DNA from: Alphaproteobacteria bacterium
GTDB taxonomy: Bacteria; Pseudomonadota; Alphaproteobacteria; CALKHQ01
Length of the DNA stretch: 59,702 nt
NCBI GenBank assembly: GCA_050329975.1
Contig: JBHJOG010000155.1
Location: 1 to 59,702 of the forward strand
Direction of reading: 5' to 3'
Under the pieces are notes generated by a model that worked only from the letters and a program-made list of their open reading frames with translations, did not search any database and had not been told where the DNA came from. Within the stretch, counting starts at the first letter, position 1; every line of letters begins with the position of its first letter. The position numbers were made by a program, and so were the translations under genes. Below, in pieces: positions 17,877 through 27,350 of the stretch.

Positions 17877-19304
17877 CTATTCGGCGATGCGCAGGTTGCT
17901 GAGCTCGCCGGCGATCTTGCGGAACGCGACCTGCAGGTCGGCGTTCGTCGGCGAGTTGTAGTAGTGGTTGCCGGTGGTCGCGCAGGCCTCGTACATGGCA
18001 TCGGTCGCCGGGTTGTTCACCTGGAACAGGATGGTGTACAGGATGATGCCCTCTGCCTTGATGTTTTCGCAGATCTGGGCGGTGCGGGTGTCCATCGCAT
18101 CCATGGCCAGGCTCCAGCTGGTGGTGCCGAGGCGACCGTTCCAGATGTAGCCGTGGGCATTGTAGTAGGAGCCGTTGCCCGACCAGTAGTTCTGGCCATC
18201 GGTCAGCAGAATGATGACCTTCTCCATGTTTTCCGCGTCGTAGTCGAGCGGCAGGTTGGCCGCATCGACGGAACCGGTCCACAGCCCGCGCCAGCGGGGC
18301 GAGAGAACGCGCCAGCCCCAGACCAGGCCGACATGGCTGGTGGTGCCGTTCAGGCGTGGCGTCATGGCGTTGATCGCGGCGTGGATCTGGCTCTTCGACT
18401 GGATCAGGGGCGTGATCGCCGCCGGGCAGCCCTTGTTCGGGCCATAATCCTGGGAGCCGCCGATCGGCGGCCAGTTGTTGAAATTGTACCAGCTCTGGCC
18501 GGACTGCCAGTAGTACTGGCGGAACCTCTGGACCGAGGGCGGATCGTCGGTAAGGCCGCGGGCACCGTCGCGCTCCTCGACGCAGCCTCGCCATCCCTGG
18601 GTGGAATAGAGGCTGGAGTTGTAGTTGGACAGCCAGCCGGTGCGGGTGTTGCCGACATTGACCGCGGCCACATAGGGCACGACCGCCACATAGAGATCGT
18701 CCACCGTCTCGTTGTTGCCGTACAGGTTGTTGACCAGGGCGTTGGCGGCGGTGATCATCGCCCCCATCTTGCCGTTGTCGTTCATCGACCAGGTGTTGTC
18801 CATGACCAGGGCGATTTCCATGCCCCGCGTTTCGCGCTGGACGACGCTGCGCGCGCAGACGGTCATGTCGTCGAAACCGACGATGGCCATGAAGCTGGTG
18901 CGCATGTCGACGCACGCACTGGCGATCAGCCGGGTGCCGTCGTCCTCGCGACCCAGGGTGTAGTCCACGCTGTCACCGCCGAGATAGTCGTCCGGGAAGT
19001 TGGCGCGCAGGAACGCCTCGATGAACTGATCCTGCTCGCCCTCCTCGAAGGATCGGCCGGCGGCGAGCGTCGCGGCATCGAGGGCATCGGTCAGCCGGTG
19101 CTTGGCCAGCAGCGCCCGGCCGCTGTCGACCGCGACGCCGGTCGCGGCGACCAGCGGCAGGATCCAGATGGCGAGAGTGGCAGCGACCGCCCCGCGCTGG
19201 TCGCGCCGGAAGCGGCGGAGCAAGGCGCTGCCGGCCGCCAGGCATGACCGCAGCGGGCCGGGGCGGGATCGGGGCGTGAGTGTTGCCGGATGCGGGTTCG
19301 TCAT
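17877..19304 (-). CDS. TadE/TadG-like pilus-assembly-related protein with a vWA domain
   Basis: N-terminal TadE/G-like motif (RRFRRDQRGAVAATLAIWILPLVAATGVAVDSGR). Central vWA-like region (IALVMDNTWSMND...VIILLTDGQN). ATG at 19304. Confidence 0.75.
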   Translation of the reverse strand: MTNPHPATLTPRSRPGPLRSCLAAGSALLRRFRRDQRGAVAATLAIWILPLVAATGVAVDSGRALLAKHRLTDALDAATLAAGRSFEEGEQDQFIEAFLRANFPDDYLGGDSVDYTLGREDDGTRLIASACVDMRTSFMAIVGFDDMTVCARSVVQRETRGMEIALVMDNTWSMNDNGKMGAMITAANALVNNLYGNNETVDDLYVAVVPYVAAVNVGNTRTGWLSNYNSSLYSTQGWRGCVEERDGARGLTDDPPSVQRFRQYYWQSGQSWYNFNNWPPIGGSQDYGPNKGCPAAITPLIQSKSQIHAAINAMTPRLNGTTSHVGLVWGWRVLSPRWRGLWTGSVDAANLPLDYDAENMEKVIILLTDGQNYWSGNGSYYNAHGYIWNGRLGTTSWSLAMDAMDTRTAQICENIKAEGIILYTILFQVNNPATDAMYEACATTGNHYYNSPTNADLQVAFRKIAGELSNLRIAE

Positions 19305-19885
19305 GGCACTACCTGCCTTGCTGTCCAGTGTTGCGCCGCATGCCTTCCGTACATCCGGACGGAATGCGGCAACCGGGATCTATCTTGATCTAGAATGGCA
19401 TCTTATGACTTGGGCTGTCTTGTTACGCTACGGTTTTCGTTTGGAATTTGAGCGAGATTATCCTCGAATATTCATAGTATTTGATTAAAATTCGATGCAG
19501 TTGGGCGCTGCGGCAAGCCGGGGCCCTGGCGGAGTCAGCCACTTCCCCCGAAGCAGGTAACCGCGAAGCGCCAGCCCGCCGCCAGCGCCGCGTCGCCGCC
19601 GAGCAGCGCCACCCACAGCGCCAGCCCGAAGCCGAAGATCACAGCCGCGCCGAACAGCGCCAGCCCGACCCAGAGCGGCCGGTAGGTGCGAGGCGGCGGA
19701 GGCATGCGATCCATGGCGGACAGAATAGGGCCAAGCGCGGCGGGCTCAAAGCCGACGGGCGGGGGGCGGCGTGGCGGCTGGCCGCATGGTTCTCGAATTA
19801 TCGGATAAACGGGTGAACCTCTGGCGGCTGCGCTGCGACAGAGGGTGGTCTGACTGCAATCCCAACACAATGATGGAGTTCGAAC

Positions 19886-20239
19886 GTGTTGAAGACGATT
19901 ACCGCCGCTTCGGCAGCTCTTGCGATGAGCCTGCTGACCGCAACGGGCGCACAGGCGACCGACCCGTGTCACGGCTACGACGTTGCCTGCGACAGCGACG
20001 GCTGCCTGGTCTGCTGGCCGGATTCGACCGGCTCGGTCGACCTGATCTGCGAGGAGGCCTCGCTGTTCGAGATCAGCGCCACCCTGCCGGGCTGTGTCGG
20101 CTCAGCGCCGCAGCAGGCGTTCGACCTGGTGGCGCCGCAGGGCACGCGCGGCCCAGTCCTGCTCGGGCCGGGCGGGCGCACGGTCGTGCCGGAGCCGCCG
20201 ACCCGGGTCCCGGCTGGTGCCCTTGGCACACGCAACTGA
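19886..20239 (+). CDS. Small secreted Cys-rich hypothetical protein
   Basis: GTG start with GGAG upstream. Signal peptide (MLKTITAASAALAMSLLTATGAQA). The mature N-terminal 50 aa contain 7 Cys (DPCHGYDVACDSDGCLVCWPD...LICEE...LPGC). GC3-rich codons. No family recognised. Confidence 0.45.
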   Translation: MLKTITAASAALAMSLLTATGAQATDPCHGYDVACDSDGCLVCWPDSTGSVDLICEEASLFEISATLPGCVGSAPQQAFDLVAPQGTRGPVLLGPGGRTVVPEPPTRVPAGALGTRN

Positions 20240-20287
20240 CCGGGCGGCCTGCCACAACGCGTGGCGGGCCGCGCTCCCGACGCTGCG

Positions 20288-21454
20288 TCAGCGCAGCGCT
20301 TCGAGGATGCTGACGTAGTTGGCGACGCCCGCACCGCCCATGTTGAAGACGCCGGCGAGCCGGGCGTCAGCGACCTGCATGCCGTCGGCGGTGCCGGTCA
20401 CCTGCATCGCAGCCATGACGTGCATCGAGACGCCGGTCGCCCCGATCGGGTGGCCCTTGGACTTCAGCCCGCCCGACGGGTTGACCGGTAGCTTGCCGTC
20501 CTTCCGGGTCCAGCCCTCGCGGGCGGCCTTGCCGCCCTCGCCGGGGCCGACCAGCCCCATCGCCTCGTACTGGATCAGCTCGGCGATGGTGAAGCAGTCG
20601 TGGGTCTCGACCAGGCTCAGGTCATCCAGGGCCAGGCCGGCCTGGTCGAGTGCGCGGCTCCAGGCCAGCGCGCAGCCCTCGAACCGGGTCATGTCGCGCC
20701 GGCTCATCGGCAGGTAGTCGTTGACCTGCTGCCAGCCGCGGAAGACCACCGCCTTGTCCATGCCGAGCGCCGTGTCGACGTCGGTCAGCACCACTGCGGC
20801 CGCGCCATCGGAAACCAGGCTGCAGTCGGTGCGCTTGAGGGGCGGGGCGACGATCGGATTCTTCTCCGACACCTCGCGGCAGAAGTCGACGCCCAGGTCC
20901 TTCTGCAGCTGGGCATAGGGATTGGCGCAGCCGTTCTTGTGGTTCTTCGACGCGATATGGGCCAGCGCGTCGGTCTGGTCGCCGTATTTCTGGTAGTAGA
21001 GCTGGGCAATGCGCGCGAAGACGCCGGCGAAGCCACCCTCCAGTGCCGCCTCCTCCCTCTGGTAGGACGCCTGCATCAGGATGCCGCCGACCTTGTCGCC
21101 GGGGGTGTCGGTCATCTTCTCGACGCCGACCACCAGCACGATGCGGCCGCGCCGGGCGGCGATGTGGTTGAGGCCCTGATGGATGGCGGCGCTGCCGGTC
21201 GCGCAGGCGTTCTCGACCCGCGTCGCCGGCTTGAAGCGCAGCGCGTCGCTGGCCTGCAGCACCAGCGAGCTGCCGAAATCCTGTGCGGAGAAGCCGCCGT
21301 TGTACCAGCCGAGATAGATTGCATCGACATCCTCCGGCCCGATGCCGGCGTCGGCCAGCGCGTCGCCGGCTGCGCGGACGATGAGGGACTCGGCATCCTC
21401 GCCGGCCAGCTTGCCGAACTTGCTGTGGGCCCAGCCGACGATGCAGGCGGTCAT
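20288..21454 (-). CDS. Thiolase-fold protein (SCP-x/acetyl-CoA acetyltransferase-like)
   Basis: Uses the internal ATG 21454 (MTACIVGWAHSKFGK) with a GGAGAC Shine-Dalgarno. Motifs VENACATGSAAI (active-site Cys), ETHDCFTIAE and NPSGGLKSKGHPIGATG. Confidence 0.85.
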   Translation of the reverse strand: MTACIVGWAHSKFGKLAGEDAESLIVRAAGDALADAGIGPEDVDAIYLGWYNGGFSAQDFGSSLVLQASDALRFKPATRVENACATGSAAIHQGLNHIAARRGRIVLVVGVEKMTDTPGDKVGGILMQASYQREEAALEGGFAGVFARIAQLYYQKYGDQTDALAHIASKNHKNGCANPYAQLQKDLGVDFCREVSEKNPIVAPPLKRTDCSLVSDGAAAVVLTDVDTALGMDKAVVFRGWQQVNDYLPMSRRDMTRFEGCALAWSRALDQAGLALDDLSLVETHDCFTIAELIQYEAMGLVGPGEGGKAAREGWTRKDGKLPVNPSGGLKSKGHPIGATGVSMHVMAAMQVTGTADGMQVADARLAGVFNMGGAGVANYVSILEALR

Positions 21455-21503
21455 TGCGTGTCTCCTTGGTGCGAGGCCGAGCGGATCGAGGGACCGGCCT
21501 GAT

Positions 21504-23282
21504 CTAGCGGTCCGCCCGCGCCGCGTCCAGCGCGGCGAACGTGTCGGCGTCGCCCGGATCGCGCCCGATGATGTGGCGCTGGTGCCAGAGGGCGTAGAAC
21601 AACAGTGTCCAGGCGGCGAAGCCGTGCCGCTTGTCGTCGCTGCCGAACAGCCGCACCACCCGGTCGCGATGACACAGCGCGGCGACCCCGGACTGCGCTG
21701 CGACCAGAGGGCCGAGCCGCGCGCCCTGGCTCCGCAGCCACTGGGCCACGGGCACGGTGAAACCGCGCTTGCGGCCGAAGGCATCGGCCTCGGGGAGGGC
21801 CGTTTCCAGCCACTTGCGCAGCAGCCACTTGCCGAGACGTCCGTGGACCTTGAGCCGGTCGGGCAGGGAGAAGGCGAAGTCGGCGACAGCCGGATCGAGC
21901 AGCGGCACCCGGCCTTCGACCCCATGCGCCATCAGGCAGCGGTCGACCTTGGTCAGCAGATCATTGGGCAGCCAGTCGGAGCAGTCGATCATCTGCGCGA
22001 CCTGCAGCCGGGTGAGCTTGCCGTGGCCGGCGGCCTGGGTCTCGGCGGCGTCCATGCCGTCGCGCCAGCCGAGCGGCTGCTCGCGCAGCACGTCCAGGTC
22101 GTCGAACATGCCCTTGACCCGCATGCCCCGGCCGCCCCAGAACCACGGGCGGACGGCGCTGCGATAGCGGCCGTAGCCGGCGAACAGCTCGTCGCCGCCT
22201 TCGCCGCAGAGGATGACCTTGACGTCCTGGCGGGCACGCTCGGCCAGCAGGTAGGTCGGGATGACCGCATAGTCGGCGACCGGATCGTCCATCGCGGCGG
22301 CGATCCGCGGCAGGGTGCGCCAGACATCCTCCTCGCCGATCTCGACCTCGATGTGCTCGGCGCCGGCGGCATGGGCCACCCGCCGGGCACGGTCGCGCTC
22401 GTCGTGGACGTCGGCACCGCGGAAGCCGGCGGTATAGGCCTGGACCGGCCGCTCGTTCAGCCGCGCCATCACGGCGAGCAGGGCGCTGGAATCGGTGCCG
22501 CCCGACAGGAACATGCCGTAGGGCACGTCGGCGCGCTGGTGGACCATCACGCTGTCCATCAGCACGCAGTCGAGGTCGGCGAGCGCCGCGTCAACGTCCT
22601 GTGCGCGCGGACCGTCGGTTGGCAGCACGGTCCGGCGGGTGCGCTCCAGGATCCGGCCGCCGGCGACGATCACCGTCTCGCCCGGCAGCAGGCGCTTGAT
22701 GCCATGGAACGGGGTCGAGGCGCCGGTGCTGAACTGCATCTGCAGCAGCTCGGCGCGGGCCAGCGGCTCCTCGACGCGCTCGGCCAGCCCGGCTGCGATC
22801 AGGGCCTGCGGCTCCGAGGCGAAGGCGAAGTGGTCTCGGTGCTCGATGTAGTACAGCGGCTTGATGCCGAACGGGTCGCGGCTGAGGACCAGCCTGCCGC
22901 TGGTCCGGTCATGGATCGCCAGCGCGTACATGCCGCGCAGGTGCTCGGCGAAGCCCAGTCCGTGGGCCGCATAGAGGTGCAGCGGCGGTTCGCAGTCCGA
23001 CCGGGTGGCGAAGCGATCCTCGCCCAGCTGCTGCCGCAGCTCCACATAGTTGTAGATCTCGCCGTTGCCGATCAGGGCGGTGTGCTCGGGCCCATAGAGC
23101 GGCTGGTCGCCGGTCGCAAGGTCGATGATCGCCAGCCGGGTCTGGACCATGGCGACGCGGTCGGCGTGGTAGGTGCCGCGGCCATCCGGCCCGCGGTGGG
23201 CGAGCGCGTCGCCCAGCAGCTGCAGCACCGAATCCTCGGTGCGCGCGTCGCTGGTGCGCATCACGCCGGCAATGCCGCACAT
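21504..23282 (-). CDS. asnB: Asparagine synthase (glutamine-hydrolysing), AsnB-like
   Basis: Uses the internal ATG 23282. MCGIAG N-terminal nucleophile, GNGEIYNY, and the SGGTDSS PP-loop. The start shares one base with the stop of the upstream GT4 gene (TGATG). Confidence 0.9.
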   Translation of the reverse strand: MCGIAGVMRTSDARTEDSVLQLLGDALAHRGPDGRGTYHADRVAMVQTRLAIIDLATGDQPLYGPEHTALIGNGEIYNYVELRQQLGEDRFATRSDCEPPLHLYAAHGLGFAEHLRGMYALAIHDRTSGRLVLSRDPFGIKPLYYIEHRDHFAFASEPQALIAAGLAERVEEPLARAELLQMQFSTGASTPFHGIKRLLPGETVIVAGGRILERTRRTVLPTDGPRAQDVDAALADLDCVLMDSVMVHQRADVPYGMFLSGGTDSSALLAVMARLNERPVQAYTAGFRGADVHDERDRARRVAHAAGAEHIEVEIGEEDVWRTLPRIAAAMDDPVADYAVIPTYLLAERARQDVKVILCGEGGDELFAGYGRYRSAVRPWFWGGRGMRVKGMFDDLDVLREQPLGWRDGMDAAETQAAGHGKLTRLQVAQMIDCSDWLPNDLLTKVDRCLMAHGVEGRVPLLDPAVADFAFSLPDRLKVHGRLGKWLLRKWLETALPEADAFGRKRGFTVPVAQWLRSQGARLGPLVAAQSGVAALCHRDRVVRLFGSDDKRHGFAAWTLLFYALWHQRHIIGRDPGDADTFAALDAARADR

Positions 23283-24361
23283 CAGCCATCCCCCGCGAAG
23301 GTGACGCCGCGGGCCTCCAGCAGGGACTGCAGCAGATCGGCATATTGCGCGACCACCACCTCCGGGGTGTATGTCGAGAGGTAGACCCGGTGGCCGGCAG
23401 CAGCGAGCCGCTGTGCCAGGGTCCGCTGCTCGATCAGCCGGGTCAGACCGGCGGCCATCGCCGAGGGGTCGTCGACCGGCACCAGCAGGCCGGTCTGCTC
23501 GTGGGTAATCAACGCGCCGGGTCCGACGCTGGCGGCAGCGAGCACGGGCTTCTGGTGGGCCCAGGCCTCCAGCACCACGTTGCCGAGCGGCTCGTGGCGG
23601 GATGGGCAGACGAAGACGTCGGCAGCGCGGCAATAGGCTGCGGCGTCGTTGCGCCAGCCGGGCATGCGGATGCGGTCGGCGACACCGCAGTCGGCGACCA
23701 GCGCCTCCAGGCGCTGGCGTTCGGGGCCCTCGCCGAGGATCCAGCAGTAGACCCCGGGGATGTCGGCCACCGCACGGATCAGAACGTCGAAGGCCTTGTT
23801 GACGTGCAGCCGGCCGAGGGCGACGACCAGCGGGGCCTTGGCTGGGGTGTCCAGGCTGCTCCGGTGTGCGGGTGGACCGGGTTCGACGGTGACGAAGTTG
23901 GGCAGGTAGTGCACGCGAGACGGCTGCCAGCCCTGACGCAGGATCCAGTCGGCGATGTCGCGGGTGTTGGCGATCAGCGCCTCGCAGTGCTGGTAGTATT
24001 TCAGGTCGTAGTAGCCGCCGAGCCGGGCGACGTGCAGGAACGGCACGGAGGGCGAGGCACGCGGGCACATGTGGCTGGCGCGGCTCATCCACGTCAGCAC
24101 CACATGCGGCTTGAAGCGCCCGATCACCTGGCGCAGCCCGCGCCGGGTGGTGAAGTCGAACCAGCCGCTGAACGGCAGCTCGGTCACCGGGATCCCGGCG
24201 GAGCGCAACTCCGATACCCGGCTCGCATGAGGGCGGGTCGCGATATGCTGAACGATCGGCACCGGCTGTTCGCGGGCCTGCAGCGCCTTTGCCAGGCGCA
24301 CGAAGAACACCTCCGCACCGCCGTACTCCGCGCCGGCGATCGCCTGCATGAGCCGGATCAC
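23282..24361 (-). CDS. Glycosyltransferase family 4 (GT-B)
   Basis: GTG 24361 (VIRLMQAIAGAEYGGAEVFF) overlaps the upstream stop (GTGA). C-terminal EPLGNVVLEAWA (E-x7-E-like GT4 motif). ATG 24349 is an alternative start. Confidence 0.8.
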   Translation of the reverse strand: MIRLMQAIAGAEYGGAEVFFVRLAKALQAREQPVPIVQHIATRPHASRVSELRSAGIPVTELPFSGWFDFTTRRGLRQVIGRFKPHVVLTWMSRASHMCPRASPSVPFLHVARLGGYYDLKYYQHCEALIANTRDIADWILRQGWQPSRVHYLPNFVTVEPGPPAHRSSLDTPAKAPLVVALGRLHVNKAFDVLIRAVADIPGVYCWILGEGPERQRLEALVADCGVADRIRMPGWRNDAAAYCRAADVFVCPSRHEPLGNVVLEAWAHQKPVLAAASVGPGALITHEQTGLLVPVDDPSAMAAGLTRLIEQRTLAQRLAAAGHRVYLSTYTPEVVVAQYADLLQSLLEARGVTFAGDG

Positions 24362-25197
24362 TCGTCCTCCAACTTCGCCTTGAGGTAACTCAGAATCGGG
24401 TACAGCCCGGCCATCAGCGCGATCAGGAAGCCGTATTTTCCTTCCTTGTACCCCTTGCGGGCAACATAGCATTTCCAGAAACGGGAGAAGATCCGCCGGA
24501 TATTGTGAATGAACGAGCCGACTTCGCCGCGCTCGCGCATGTCCTGAGCGGCGAGCGTGGTGTAGCGGTCCAGCCGGCGGATCATGTCGGAGATGCTGGC
24601 GTCGACATAGTGGATCATCCGGGCGTCGAGAGCCATCTTGCGGCCGCTCAGCTCCAGCTTCGGATGCACCCGCTGCCGGCCCCAGCGCTTGGCGCCGCGG
24701 GCGAACAGGCGGATGGCGGCGCTGACCCCGATCTGCGCGCCCCAGCCGTAGCGCACGCGCGTCTCGCCGACATAGTTGTCGTAGGGCACGACGAAATAGC
24801 CGAAGGGCGCACCTCGGATCGCGGCGCGGGCCTCGGCGGCCAGTTCCGGCGGCACCCGCTCGTCGGCGTCGACCTCCAGGATCCAGTCGCCCGAGCAGGC
24901 GTCGATGCCGGAGTTGCGGCGGTCGCCCTCGATGGGCCAGGCGCCGGCAACGATCCGGTCGGTATAGCGGCGTGCGATCGCTTCCGAACCGTCGGTGCAG
25001 CGGTCGAGCACGACCACGATCTCGTCGGCGAAGACCAGCCGGTCGAGGCAGTCCGCAAGCTGCGCCTCCTCGTCGTGGACGACGACCAATGCCGACAGCC
25101 GGGGCGACGCGGCGTCAAGCGCGCGCGCCGGGGCGGAGGGGGACGCCGAGCCGCGCTCGAAGGGGGGCTGATCCTGCATGGCGCGCCGGATATGCAC
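24358..25197 (-). CDS. Glycosyltransferase family 2 (LPS-core-type)
   Basis: LSALVVVHDEEAQLADCL, the DXD-like EVDADE motif, and a C-terminal amphipathic/TM segment (FLIALMAGLYPILSYL). GTG 25197 or ATG 25179 as start. Confidence 0.8.
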   Translation of the reverse strand: MHIRRAMQDQPPFERGSASPSAPARALDAASPRLSALVVVHDEEAQLADCLDRLVFADEIVVVLDRCTDGSEAIARRYTDRIVAGAWPIEGDRRNSGIDACSGDWILEVDADERVPPELAAEARAAIRGAPFGYFVVPYDNYVGETRVRYGWGAQIGVSAAIRLFARGAKRWGRQRVHPKLELSGRKMALDARMIHYVDASISDMIRRLDRYTTLAAQDMRERGEVGSFIHNIRRIFSRFWKCYVARKGYKEGKYGFLIALMAGLYPILSYLKAKLEDE

Positions 25198-25458
25198 GCT
25201 CGCAGCCGATCTGTAAACGGTCCCGACCGGGCCCGATCGATGTGCGAGCGGGCCAGACGATCGCGGGATTCTCCGAAGTATACTTGCTCCATTAACTCAA
25301 GATTGTGACAGTTGTGTTGCACATATGGCCATGAATATTTTGTGAAAGCGAGTTTTTCTCTGCTGATACTGTTGAACTGCCGCGCCGAGTTGTGCAGTGT
25401 CCGCCTGTGGATAACTTGAGTCGGCAGCTGTGCCGCGCCTCGTGCGGAGAAGCCAGCG

Positions 25459-26370
25459 ATGAATGCAATCTCGCCGCGCCGGCAATACCGGACGGTCTGG
25501 ATCTCCGACGTCCACCTCGGGACGCGCGGCTGCCAGGCGGAGCTGCTGCTCGACTTCCTCAGTCATATCGAAGCGCAGACGCTGTACCTGGTCGGTGACA
25601 TCGTCGACGGCTGGCGGCTCAGGCGGTCCTGGTACTGGCCGCCGAGCCACGACCGGGCAGTCCGCGAGATCCTCGGCTGGGCGGCGCGGGGTCGTCGGGT
25701 GGTATTCGTGCCCGGCAATCATGACGAGTTCCTTCGCCCGTTCCACGGCCGCTATTTCCACGGGATCCAGGTGCTGGACGCGGACGTCCACCAGACTGCC
25801 GACGGGCGCCGGCTGCTGGTGCTGCATGGCGACCAGTTCGACGGCGTGGTCCGCTGCCACCGCTGGCTGGCCCTGCTCGGCGACCACGCCTACGGCGGGG
25901 CTCTCGCACTCAACCGCTGGTTCAACGCGCTGCGACGCCGGCTCGGCTTCCCCTACTGGTCGCTGTCGGCCTTTCTCAAGCTTAGGGTCAAGGAGGCGGT
26001 GCAAGTCATCGCCCGGTTCGAGACCGCGGTCGCCGGCGCCGCGCGCCAGGCGGGTGTCGACGGCGTCGTCTGCGGGCACATCCACCACGCCGAGATGCGC
26101 ATGATGGACGGCGTGCTCTATTGCAACGACGGCGACTGGGTCGAGAGCTGTACGGCGCTGGTCGAGCATTTGGACGGCCGACTTGAAATCCTGGACTGGC
26201 CACGGCTGCGGCCGCAGCGCGCGGCGGCGACGACGGCGCCGCGCGGCCGCTCGCTGCCTCAGGCCGCGGTGCTGGCCGGTTTCGGCATTTCGCTCGAGGA
26301 GCCCGAATGCGCATTCTCATCGTCACCGATGCCTGGTTTCCTCAGGTCAATGGCGTCGTCCGAACGCTGA
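25459..26370 (+). CDS. LpxH-family (UDP-2,3-diacylglucosamine diphosphatase-like) metallophosphoesterase
   Basis: VWISDVHLG, YLVGDIVDGW, FVPGNHDE, VLHGDQFD and GHIHHAE calcineurin-like motifs in the LpxH arrangement. The low-complexity tail overlaps the next gene by 64 nt. Confidence 0.75.
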   Translation: MNAISPRRQYRTVWISDVHLGTRGCQAELLLDFLSHIEAQTLYLVGDIVDGWRLRRSWYWPPSHDRAVREILGWAARGRRVVFVPGNHDEFLRPFHGRYFHGIQVLDADVHQTADGRRLLVLHGDQFDGVVRCHRWLALLGDHAYGGALALNRWFNALRRRLGFPYWSLSAFLKLRVKEAVQVIARFETAVAGAARQAGVDGVVCGHIHHAEMRMMDGVLYCNDGDWVESCTALVEHLDGRLEILDWPRLRPQRAAATTAPRGRSLPQAAVLAGFGISLEEPECAFSSSPMPGFLRSMASSER

Positions 26371-27350
26371 GCGTCCTGGGGAACGAACTCGCCCGGCTCG
26401 GGCATGCGGTCGACTTCGTGACGCCGCACCGGTGCCGCACCCTCCCGTGCCCGACATATCCGGAGATCCGGCTCGCCCTGTTCGCCGGGCGCGCGGTCGG
26501 CCGGGCGTTCGAGGATTTTCGGCCGGATGCGGTGCATATCGCAACCGAGGGACCGCTCGGCTGGGCTGCGCGGCGGATGTGCCTGGGGCGCGGGCTGCCG
26601 TTCACCACCGCCTTCCACACCAAGTTCCCGGACTACCTGCACGCGCGCACGCGCTTTCCCCGGGCCTGGTCCTATGCGCTGCTGCGCCGGTTCCACGGTG
26701 CCGGCGCCGGCATGATGGTGGCGACGGAAAGCGTGCGCCGCGAGCTCGCCGACCTCGGCTTCCGGAACATCCGGCGCTGGACGCGTGGCGTCGACGCCGC
26801 GTCGTTCCGTCCCGGCACCCCGCTGCCCTCGCTGGCCGGCCTGCCGCGCCCGGTGTTCCTGTTCGTCGGCCGGGTGGCGGTGGAGAAGAACATCCAGGCA
26901 TTCCTCGACGCCGACCTCCCCGGCTCCAAGCTGGTGGTCGGCGACGGCCCGCTGCGGCCGGCGCTGGAGGCGCGCTATCCGGGGGTGCGCTTCGCCGGCG
27001 CGCGGCACGGCGAGGCGCTGGCGGCCAGCTATCGCGCGGCCGACGTGCTGGTCTTTCCCAGCAGGACCGACACCTTCGGGCTGGTGATGCTGGAGGCGCT
27101 GGCCTGCGGGCTGCCGGTCGCCGCCTATCCGGTGCCGGGGCCGCTCGACATCGTCGGCGGCAGCGCTGCGGGGGTGCTGGACGAAGATCTTGCGCGGGCG
27201 GCGCTGGCGGCGCTCGCGACCGACCGCGCCGCCTGCAGGGCGCATGCGCTGCGCTACTCCTGGACGGCCTGCACCGAGATGTTCCTGGCCAACCTGGCGC
27301 CCTTCGGCAGTGACGATCGCGCGGGCGCGCCTGCGCGTCAGGCCGGATAG
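26307..27350 (+). CDS. Glycosyltransferase family 4 (GT-B)
   Basis: MRILIVTDAWFPQVNGVVRTL N-terminus and the FPSRTDTFGLVMLEALACGLPV motif. Confidence 0.85.
   Translation: MRILIVTDAWFPQVNGVVRTLSVLGNELARLGHAVDFVTPHRCRTLPCPTYPEIRLALFAGRAVGRAFEDFRPDAVHIATEGPLGWAARRMCLGRGLPFTTAFHTKFPDYLHARTRFPRAWSYALLRRFHGAGAGMMVATESVRRELADLGFRNIRRWTRGVDAASFRPGTPLPSLAGLPRPVFLFVGRVAVEKNIQAFLDADLPGSKLVVGDGPLRPALEARYPGVRFAGARHGEALAASYRAADVLVFPSRTDTFGLVMLEALACGLPVAAYPVPGPLDIVGGSAAGVLDEDLARAALAALATDRAACRAHALRYSWTACTEMFLANLAPFGSDDRAGAPARQAG

Noticed and set aside
19535-19714. 59-aa hydrophobic ORF (MDRMPPPPRTYRPLWVGLALFGAAVIFGFGLALWVALLGG...) on the minus strand
   Set aside because: No ribosome-binding site and no Flp-pilin or other motif. 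It may be a real small membrane protein, but the evidence is insufficient.
25198-25458. AT-rich divergent intergenic region between the GT2 and LpxH-like genes, with a 7-bp inverted repeat (ACTCAAG ... CTTGAGT) about 110 nt apart
   Set aside because: It is probably just the shared promoter region. The repeat is short enough to occur by chance, and I could not define convincing -35/-10 pairs.
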